In this document: positions 50,888 through 58,331 of the stretch, one piece after another | How the letters are laid out: each line of letters begins with the position of its first letter | Position numbering within the stretch: the first letter of the stretch is position 1 | The notes under the pieces: generated by a model | Databases searched by the model: none | What the model saw: only the letters and a program-made list of their open reading frames with translations | Told to the model about the DNA's origin: nothing | Translations under genes and position numbers: made by a program | Assembly (NCBI GenBank): GCA_023262965.1 | Contig: JALQXX010000003.1 | Location: 3,996-67,995, forward strand | DNA length: 64,000 nt | Source: Candidatus Marinamargulisbacteria bacterium | GTDB lineage: Bacteria; Margulisbacteria; Marinamargulisbacteria; UBA817 | Reading direction: 5' to 3'

Positions 50888-51647
50888 TAACGCAGTTCCT
50901 GAAGGGCAGTCGGTTGATATGCCCAATTATCTTTCGCGAGAACTCTATGTGTCTTCTAAAAATAATTATCATGTTACAGATGAGGAAAAACGTATAGCTG
51001 ATGAACACTTGTATGTTATTGAAGCCATTTCCGCTGTTTTATTTTCAAAAAAAAAGATGCCCCCAACTGTGGATTATAATGATCTGATTAGTGTGGGGTT
51101 TTCGGGTCTTTTAAAAGCAATTCGCGGGTATGACAAATCCAAAAATGTGTTGTTTAAAACGTATGCCAGTATTCGGATTCGAGGTGAAATGCTGGATTTT
51201 ATCCGAAAAGAATGGAAGTCCAAAGCCGCTCACCAGCATCAAACAATGATGAACGGGTTAAAAGAGCGTGTTGCGCATGTGTTTCAAATGCAATTTGATG
51301 GGTCTGAGGCACCGTCTTCCTACAATGTTTTATCTCAACTAACCACATCATACGTCTTGTCTTTGGATGCTGTTATGGACAGTGGCGGCAGTGATCAGGT
51401 GATTGATGGTGCCAATTCTTTTGAAAATACCGTAAACACCGCTGATGAATATCGGTGTTTGAACAATGTTGTGAAGGCATTGGGTCCCAATGAACAGCAA
51501 TTTTTGGATATGTTTTATTGGCAGGGCCTGTCGCAGAAAGAGATTTCAGATCAGTTGCAAATATCCCCAGCAACCGTGAGTCGGATGCATCGTCGGATTA
51601 TTGACCTACTGAAAGAAAAAATGAGCGCGGAGAGTACGAATAAATAA
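50877..51647 (+). CDS. fliA: FliA/WhiG-family (sigma-28) RNA polymerase sigma factor
   Basis: DLISVGFSGLLKAI..YD...FKTYASIRIRGEMLDFIR; region 4 LSQKEIS..L.IS..TVSRMH. Confidence 0.88.
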   Translation: MTDNNAVPEGQSVDMPNYLSRELYVSSKNNYHVTDEEKRIADEHLYVIEAISAVLFSKKKMPPTVDYNDLISVGFSGLLKAIRGYDKSKNVLFKTYASIRIRGEMLDFIRKEWKSKAAHQHQTMMNGLKERVAHVFQMQFDGSEAPSSYNVLSQLTTSYVLSLDAVMDSGGSDQVIDGANSFENTVNTADEYRCLNNVVKALGPNEQQFLDMFYWQGLSQKEISDQLQISPATVSRMHRRIIDLLKEKMSAESTNK

Positions 51648-51672
51648 TGTCGGGTATGAATAGGAGATTAAT

Positions 51673-52143
51673 GTGAGATATCTAATCATTATGGTTATGG
51701 CCTCTTTTTTGTGTGTCGCTCAGGATGCAAATGCGCCGGCTACTCGTGGCAATACGGCTACCTATGGCAATGCCGCCACCTACGGTGATGCCGCCACCTA
51801 CGGTGATGCCACCACCTACGGTGATGCCACATCATCACTTCTTTACGATCAGACCGCCCTTAATCTTGAAGCCGCAATCTATGATATGAATCGGCGTCAT
51901 AATGCCGTTGCTTATAATATCGCAAATGCCTCTACCCCAGGCTTTCGACCCATTCGCTATGATGATGAAATCGCAGAAGCTATTCGACTCTATGGTACCA
52001 CTGAAATGCTCAATGATGTGAATGTGGATGATGAGATGGTTAAGTCTACTAAAATTCGTTTGAAACATAGTGCCTATATTCGGCTACTGACCACCAAAAT
52101 AGGGATTACCAAAAAGGTGGTGACGTTAGGCAAGGGTGCCTAA
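51673..52143 (+). CDS. flgB: FlgB-like rod protein with signal peptide and hexapeptide repeat
   Basis: RHNAVAYNIANASTPGF, NDVNVDDEM; GTG start after AGGAG. Confidence 0.82.
   Translation: MRYLIIMVMASFLCVAQDANAPATRGNTATYGNAATYGDAATYGDATTYGDATSSLLYDQTALNLEAAIYDMNRRHNAVAYNIANASTPGFRPIRYDDEIAEAIRLYGTTEMLNDVNVDDEMVKSTKIRLKHSAYIRLLTTKIGITKKVVTLGKGA
51739..51828 (+). repeat. In-frame 18-bp tandem repeat, 5 copies (consensus GCCACCTACGGTGATGCC = ATYGDA)
   Basis: Units start at 51739, 51757, 51775, 51793 and 51811. Confidence 0.95.
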
Positions 52144-52267
52144 CCTAGCGGGTGGGATTTTTCGAATATCTGCGTTAAGTGTGGTCCTCCGATCCTCATT
52201 TACTAAAGTAAACTCCGGTTCTCACACCACACTGTGCCTTGATCTTCAAAAAATCCCACCCGCTAGG
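52144..52267. repeat. 124-bp palindromic (MITE/RPE-like) element
   Basis: Perfect 19-bp terminal IR CCTAGCGGGTGGGATTTTT (52144-52162 / 52249-52267), inner 8-bp stem AGTGTGGT/ACCACACT, central hairpin TTTAC-TAAA-GTAAA. Confidence 0.9.
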
Positions 52268-52285
52268 GACTTGCACTCGTATACC

Positions 52286-52500
52286 TCCTCGTTTACTAAC
52301 GTAAACTCGGAGCCCCTTCTACAGTCGCTTTCCTCGTTTACTAGCGTAAACTTGGCGTCCTTCCTACAGTCGCTTTCCTCGTTTACTAGCGTAAACTTGG
52401 CGTCCTTTCTACAGTCGCTTTCCTCGTTTACTAACGTAAACTTGGAGTCCTTTCTACAGTCGCTTTCCTCGTTTACTAGCGTAAACTTGGCGTCCTTTTT
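52286..52500. repeat. 45-bp tandem repeat, about 4.8 copies, each with hairpin GTTTAC-TA(G/A)C-GTAAAC
   Basis: Units at 52286, 52331, 52376, 52421 and 52466; consensus TCCTCGTTTACTAGCGTAAACTTGGCGTCCTTTCTACAGTCGCTT. Confidence 0.95.
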
Positions 52501-52766
52501 GCACCCATTTGCCGCGTTTAATCCCCCAAACGTTGCTTTATTTTTCTGCTTCGGACTGATTGCGTTTTTTTTGGTGGATTTGAGTTTTATTCAAAATGAA
52601 CCTTTTCAAACCTTGGTTTATTTTGTACAATCAAATGGTATGATGAGCGGATTTCTTCAATGGTTTCAAACTGTTGTCACATCGTGTAGCCCTGTTGCAA
52701 AAAAAATTAAAACCTATTTATTGGATTGCTTTAGCCCACCCCTATCCCACTTTGGATCCCTAGCCT

Positions 52767-53213
52767 ATGATTTTTAAAATTAGTGTTTTGCTTCTTGCTC
52801 TTTTTGTATACGCTTTCCCCCAAAAAAGTGGCGCTATCGATGCCCTTAATCTATCCGGTAATGGTATGCTCGTTCAAAAATACCGCCTTCGTATTATTGC
52901 CGAAAATATCGCCAATGTCTCCACTCATATGACCGATCGCGGTGAACCCTATCGTAAAAAATACGTTATGGTTGTCCCCGATAAACACGGCGTTCGCGCC
53001 GCTGGTATCATGGAATCCAATGCCCCCTTCGGCCAAATATTGGACCCAGGTCATGTCTTCGCCGATCAACATGGGATTCTCCGTACACCAAATTTTGAAC
53101 TTAATGACGAAATGGTTAATCTCTCTTACTCAAACCTACTCTATGAAGCCAATACCACCGCATTTAAATCGTCACGACAAATGTTTCAAAATACCCTCGA
53201 GCTCCTTAAATGA
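52767..53213 (+). CDS. flgC: FlgC-like rod protein with signal peptide
   Basis: ALNLSGNGM..Q.YRLRIIAENIANVST, PYRKK, DPGH..AD, PN..L.DEMV, YEANTTAF...LELLK. Confidence 0.88.
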   Translation: MIFKISVLLLALFVYAFPQKSGAIDALNLSGNGMLVQKYRLRIIAENIANVSTHMTDRGEPYRKKYVMVVPDKHGVRAAGIMESNAPFGQILDPGHVFADQHGILRTPNFELNDEMVNLSYSNLLYEANTTAFKSSRQMFQNTLELLK

Positions 53214-53713
53214 TCCAGAACCTACCCATACACTCCCCTGTAAATGCCCTCCAAAAAATAAACCCCGCTCACGCCCTTAATCCCGAACTCGTCAATGAAT
53301 TTAATGCCGTCTTTAAAGAAGCCGCTGCCGCTATTGTCCATACATCTGAAAATAATGATAAAAAACAGGGCAAAATACCCCACGATACCATCTCCCTCCA
53401 TAATGTCGATCGCCATTACCTCGCCCAACAAGTGAATGCCGGTGTCGTTAATGCCGCCACACAGGCCGATCCCAAATCGCTGAATATTGTCCCCCTTCAA
53501 ATATTCCTCGATAATGCTATTCGATCCCTCGAACGCGTCAGCCAACAAGAAATTCGTGCCAATACGCTCATGAATGAATTTATTAAAGGCAATGTCTCCG
53601 AGGATGAAGTCGTACTCGAAACAGCCAAATTGAATCTCGCCATCTCCATGGTCACCACCATTGTCCAATCAACCGTTCAAACGTTTAAAGAAATACAACA
53701 GATCCCAGTTTAG
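53210..53713 (+). CDS. fliE: FliE-like hook-basal body protein (long N-terminus)
   Basis: C-terminal FLDNAI..L..V..Q..AN.LM.EF.KG...EVVL...QTFKEIQQIPV; follows flgC. Confidence 0.8.
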   Translation: MIQNLPIHSPVNALQKINPAHALNPELVNEFNAVFKEAAAAIVHTSENNDKKQGKIPHDTISLHNVDRHYLAQQVNAGVVNAATQADPKSLNIVPLQIFLDNAIRSLERVSQQEIRANTLMNEFIKGNVSEDEVVLETAKLNLAISMVTTIVQSTVQTFKEIQQIPV

Positions 53714-53728
53714 GTGTAATATAAAAAA

Positions 53729-55459
53729 ATGGCAGAAGATAATCCCATAGATACCGATTTCGATGACTTAAACCTGGATGATACCATAGCCGATGATCTC
53801 ATGGACCCAATCAATGGGCTGGATGATCTGGACCCTCAGGTAAATCCCTCCCCCAACCAACCCTCCCGCCTTCAACGCACCCTTACCGCCATTCGTACCA
53901 ATCGACGCTATCACGTGATGGCTATTATTCTGATCGGTGTTGCCGTTCTTGCATACGGCGCCTATGGCCTATTTAAAAAAACGCCACCCACACCCCCCAC
54001 CACCAATCAATCCGCTCCCCCAACCTTCGATAGCGCCGCTATTGTCAGTAAAAAAGAGCCCCAAAAGAAAAAACGAAAAATTAAATATGTTGACTTGTAT
54101 CGGCAGCTCGAAAACCGTCAAATAAGCCCTATTTTGCGTGAATTAAGCTACAGAAATATCGCCTACAATATTGTTCAAAATGGAAAGCAATTCGACCTTC
54201 AAGTCGATGAAGATGACCTTGATGAAGCCAAACGAATGCTCGCTATTAAGGGCATGCCTTCCGGCACAACAAAAGGCTATGAAATTTTCGATGAAGCGTC
54301 TAACTTGGGTGTTACCGAATTCGATAAACGGATTCGTCTTATACGCGCCCTGTCCGGTGAAATGGAAAAATCCATTATGGAATTTGATGTGGTTGATTAT
54401 GCCTATGTTGAAATCGTTATACCCGAAACCAAATTGTTCGCCGTCACTCAACCCCCGGTGACCGCTTCCATTCTTATTAAGCGCCGCAACGGGGCCGATA
54501 TCAACGACGAAACCGTCTATGCCATTGTTCAGCTTGTGTCCAATTCGGTCGAAAACCTCCTTCCCGAAAATATTTCTGTTGTGGATACAGAAGGCCGCGT
54601 TCTCTCCATTGGGGTTCTCGATCGTATGCGCCAAAAACAACTCGCCAATGAAAAAAAAGGGCTCGTTACAACCAATACTGCTGGAAACGGACAAGTTATT
54701 ATTCCCGCAATTGAAGACGTTGTGGATTGGTTTCAATTGAAGTTTAATTATGAAACGGTTCTAGAAAAAAAAGCCATTAATCAATTGAATGGGGTATTGC
54801 CAGAGGGGTCCTATAAAGTAGCGGTTACGATTGATTTGAACGCTGTCTCACGTACCGGTGTTCCGGATATTAAAAAAATTGTTACCAGTGTTGTGGTTGA
54901 TGAGCAATTCGATGATGTCGAATTGACAGACGCAATGGCGGAACAAATTACCGATGCGGTTGCGGGCGCCGTTGGCTTTGTTGCTGATCGCGACACCATC
55001 CATATTTCAAAAGCCGCTTTTTTGCAGAAACGCGTGGAGGAGTCCCCAACGGGCGTGGATGCCGTTACTCAAATTAATATTCCCCAATCACATTATAGCG
55101 ATACAATCCAGCGACTATTGGAATTTTGGCCCATTTTTGCCATCGGTGCCGTTATAACAACCATGTTTATTATTGTCGGAAAAATACTAATGCAAATTGG
55201 CCGATATACCGCTCGAATGTATGCTCGTGTACGCGATAAATGGTCGAAGCCCCGCCTGACAAACGCTCCCAGTGAGGAAGGCGGGCCTGATGATGCGAAT
55301 GCCACAGATGCTGGGTCAAATCGTGTGAGCGTGGATGTTATTAATGAATTAAAGGCGAAGGCCAATTTTTCACGCGTTATTCAGTTGAAGGCGATTGCCG
55401 CCCAAGAATTGGAGATATCGGTGAGTGCATTAAAAGAAATGGTGCGAAATAATGGATAA
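53729..55459 (+). CDS. fliF: MS-ring protein FliF, divergent (beta-collar apparently deleted)
   Basis: Two TMs; GYEIFD...LGVTEFD...RALSGEMEKSI, PVTASI, LVSNSVENL.PENISVVD.EGRVLS, VAGAVGF..DRDTI. Confidence 0.88.
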   Translation: MAEDNPIDTDFDDLNLDDTIADDLMDPINGLDDLDPQVNPSPNQPSRLQRTLTAIRTNRRYHVMAIILIGVAVLAYGAYGLFKKTPPTPPTTNQSAPPTFDSAAIVSKKEPQKKKRKIKYVDLYRQLENRQISPILRELSYRNIAYNIVQNGKQFDLQVDEDDLDEAKRMLAIKGMPSGTTKGYEIFDEASNLGVTEFDKRIRLIRALSGEMEKSIMEFDVVDYAYVEIVIPETKLFAVTQPPVTASILIKRRNGADINDETVYAIVQLVSNSVENLLPENISVVDTEGRVLSIGVLDRMRQKQLANEKKGLVTTNTAGNGQVIIPAIEDVVDWFQLKFNYETVLEKKAINQLNGVLPEGSYKVAVTIDLNAVSRTGVPDIKKIVTSVVVDEQFDDVELTDAMAEQITDAVAGAVGFVADRDTIHISKAAFLQKRVEESPTGVDAVTQINIPQSHYSDTIQRLLEFWPIFAIGAVITTMFIIVGKILMQIGRYTARMYARVRDKWSKPRLTNAPSEEGGPDDANATDAGSNRVSVDVINELKAKANFSRVIQLKAIAAQELEISVSALKEMVRNNG

Positions 55460-55952
55460 TTTGATCCGAGCTAAAATTATTATTGAGCTGTTAGATGATC
55501 GAAAATATACGGTTTTGTCATCGTTTACCGATGTTGAGTTGGAACAGTTAAATGCGATTGATGTAAGCCGTTTGGCCGATCTCTCATCGGTGGATATTGA
55601 TGCGGTTGTGAATGATTTTTTGATGACGGTTAATACCAAGGTGAATCAAAAAAATGCAGAGAATGAGGCCATCACGCACGATACCGATTCGGTAGAGGAG
55701 GTGCCCGATACATTATTTTCTGAACCAGATCCCGTTTTGGGTATTTCCCCCGAGGCTATCGAAGCACTCAGGAATCAACCCATTCAACTACTGGCCTGTG
55801 TGTTGCAGCAATTGCCCAATGATAGGCGCCAGTATGTTGAGGCACAGTTGGGAGACGAAACCCATCGTGCTCTATCGACGGTGGATGTTGTTGAAACGCC
55901 GATGTCGTCACGCGTTGCTCGTATTTTAATGGATCAATTGAACTTGGTATAA
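55452..55952 (+). CDS. Truncated FliG-like protein (N and middle domains only)
   Basis: Coupled to fliF; RAKIIIELL...VL..FT..ELEQL...VVNDF and LRNQPIQLLACVLQQL resemble FliG-N and the EHPQ middle domain; only 166 aa. Confidence 0.65.
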   Translation: MDNLIRAKIIIELLDDRKYTVLSSFTDVELEQLNAIDVSRLADLSSVDIDAVVNDFLMTVNTKVNQKNAENEAITHDTDSVEEVPDTLFSEPDPVLGISPEAIEALRNQPIQLLACVLQQLPNDRRQYVEAQLGDETHRALSTVDVVETPMSSRVARILMDQLNLV

Positions 55953-55993
55953 CGGGCATGGTATAAAAAGAAGGGGTAAATAAGGAGAATAAT

Positions 55994-57115
55994 ATGGCAA
56001 CTGAGCAAAAAAATAGTGTTCCATTATTGGATTTACAGGCACAATACGAGCCCATTAAAGATGTGGTATTGGCCGCAATAACCGATGTGTTTGAATCCAA
56101 ACAATTTATTCAAGGACCAAAAGTTCTGGAGTTGGAACGTATGATGGTCGACTATTGTCAGGTGAATCATGCTATTGGCGTATCATCTGGAACGGATGCC
56201 CTAGTGTTGGCGTTGATGGGATTGGGTATCGGATCGGGGGATGAGGTTATTACAACCCCCTTTACGTTTTTTGCAACGGCCGGGGCTATTCATCGCGTGG
56301 GTGCAACACCTGTATTTGTGGATATTGATCCCAATACGTACATTATCGATGTCACCAAAATTGAAGATGCGATATCGCCACATACCAAAGCGATCATGCC
56401 CGTGCATTTATTTGGTCAAATGGCCGATATGACCACCATTATGGCGATTGCTAAAGCGCATCAGCTATATGTTATTGAGGATGCCGCTCAGGCCATTGGT
56501 GCTACGCAACACTATGAGGGCGTCGCCCGTCCGGCAGGTAGTATAGGGGATGTTGGATGCTTTTCATTTTTTCCGAGTAAAAATTTGGGGTGTTGTGGAG
56601 ACGGTGGTTTGGTAACGGCTCAGGATGCGGTATTAGCGGACAAAATACGATTGCTACGCACCCATGGGGCTCAGCAAAAATATTATCATGATTATGTTGG
56701 CGGGAATTTTCGATTGGATCCGATTCAAGCCGCTGTGTTAGCTGTTAAACTGCCGTATTTGAATGATCAACACGAAGGACGTCGTCGCAACGCTCAGGTG
56801 TATAACGCCCGCATTCAAACAGCTCAATGTCCCATAGAAAAACACGGGAATTATATGATCTATAATCAGTACACCATTCGAACCGATCGTCGGGATGACC
56901 TAATCGCTCATTTAATCCAACGCGATATCGGTCACGCCATCTATTACCCACTATCCCTGCATTTGCAAAAATGCTTTGCCCATTTGGGGTATCAACCCGG
57001 TGATTTTCCGGAATCAGAACGGGCGTCCCACGCCGTATTGTCATTGCCCATTTACGCTGAATTAACCCCACATCAGCTGGATGCCGTTGTGGATGCGGTG
57101 AATAGCTTCGTGTAA
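55994..57115 (+). CDS. DegT/DnrJ/EryC1/StrS aminotransferase
   Basis: VPLLDLQAQY, SSGTDAL, IEDAAQAIG, SFFPSKNLG, GGNFRLD. Confidence 0.95.
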   Translation: MATEQKNSVPLLDLQAQYEPIKDVVLAAITDVFESKQFIQGPKVLELERMMVDYCQVNHAIGVSSGTDALVLALMGLGIGSGDEVITTPFTFFATAGAIHRVGATPVFVDIDPNTYIIDVTKIEDAISPHTKAIMPVHLFGQMADMTTIMAIAKAHQLYVIEDAAQAIGATQHYEGVARPAGSIGDVGCFSFFPSKNLGCCGDGGLVTAQDAVLADKIRLLRTHGAQQKYYHDYVGGNFRLDPIQAAVLAVKLPYLNDQHEGRRRNAQVYNARIQTAQCPIEKHGNYMIYNQYTIRTDRRDDLIAHLIQRDIGHAIYYPLSLHLQKCFAHLGYQPGDFPESERASHAVLSLPIYAELTPHQLDAVVDAVNSFV

Positions 57116-57173
57116 CGTTAGCGCAACAGCCACGGCTAACGATACCGGATCGAGCGTTGTATGATCAACGCTC
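57116..57173. terminator. Two hairpins between convergent genes (possible bidirectional terminator)
   Basis: CGTTAGC/GCTAACG (57116-57141) and GAGCGTTG/CAACGCTC (57152-57173); no strong U-tract. Confidence 0.4.
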
Positions 57174-57205
57174 CCATATCATACGGCTATTCCCCTTTGA
57201 GGGCG

Positions 57206-58189
57206 TTACAATAACGACTTTTCAAATTCCACCGCCGATTGGATGATACGGGACAATCCATCATAGCGTGGCGTCCAGTTCAAGGTTGATCGAATGCGAT
57301 CCGCATTCGCAATGAGCTGCGGGGGGTCCCCCGGACGACGGTCAGCAGCCGTTACGGGAAACGGCCCGTATAGGTCTTCGGCCGTTTTGATAACCTCGTT
57401 TACCGAAAATCCGCGGGAATAGCCGCAGTTTAATGTCAGAGATTTTCCGCCCGATAATAGCCAATCCAATGCGCGAACATGGGCATCCGCCAAATCACAG
57501 ACATGAATATAATCGCGAATGCAGGTACCATCGGGTGTCGGGTAATCTGTCCCAAACACCGATAAGGAGGCACGTTTTTGGGTAATGACCTGGGCAATAA
57601 TTTTGATTAAGTGGGTAGCATCGGGCATTCGCTGGCCCAGTTGTAACGATGGATGCGCCCCAGCGACGTTAAAATACCGTAACGCCACGTAACGAAGCGA
57701 GCTGGCCTCCGCGGTATCCGCCAACATCCGCTCGGTCATGGCCTTGGTGTGACCATACGGATTAATGGGGCATAGGGGCGCCGATTCGGCACATATGCCC
57801 TCCGGGGGAATGCCATAAACGGCTGCGGTAGAAGAAAAAAGAAAATGCCCGATTCGGTTGTTTAGGCAAGCATCAATCACATTCAGGCTGTTCATGGTGT
57901 TGTTGTAATAATACGTGATCGGATCACGAACGCTTTCGGGCACAACAATACTGCCGGCAATGTGCAAAACAGCATCGGGTTTAAAATCGTGAAAGCAGCG
58001 ATTCAAGCGGTCCCGATCCGCCAAATCCAGCACCACACAATCGCCGTAATGAAGATTTTCACGAAATCCCGTGGATAAATTGTCCACAACCAACACGGAG
58101 GCCCCGGTGTCTTTTAATGCCATTACAATATGCGATCCAATATAACCAGCCCCACCCGTAATGAGTAATCGGTGCGTTTTTTGTATCAT
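57206..58189 (-). CDS. galE: UDP-glucose 4-epimerase
   Basis: TGGAGYIGSH, FSSTAAVYG, YGHTK, LRYFNVAGA, DGTCIRDYIHV. Confidence 0.96.
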   Translation of the reverse strand: MIQKTHRLLITGGAGYIGSHIVMALKDTGASVLVVDNLSTGFRENLHYGDCVVLDLADRDRLNRCFHDFKPDAVLHIAGSIVVPESVRDPITYYYNNTMNSLNVIDACLNNRIGHFLFSSTAAVYGIPPEGICAESAPLCPINPYGHTKAMTERMLADTAEASSLRYVALRYFNVAGAHPSLQLGQRMPDATHLIKIIAQVITQKRASLSVFGTDYPTPDGTCIRDYIHVCDLADAHVRALDWLLSGGKSLTLNCGYSRGFSVNEVIKTAEDLYGPFPVTAADRRPGDPPQLIANADRIRSTLNWTPRYDGLSRIIQSAVEFEKSLL

Positions 58190-58331
58190 AGTGTATGTAT
58201 AATACCAAATGAGTCGGGTTTGTGTATTGTTAGGCCACTATAACTTTTGTAGAATGCCAACAATATGATGTATTGTATTGCAACACGGTACCCGCTTGCC
58301 AACGCTTGGTACCATCAGACGGTATTCTCTC

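Noticed and set aside
52286..52500. CRISPR array
   Set aside because: The sequence between hairpins is nearly identical in every unit (no unique spacers) and there are no cas genes; it is a tandem repeat.
52500..52766. Sigma-28 promoter upstream of flgC
   Set aside because: No convincing TAAA-N15-GCCGATAA match seen by eye.
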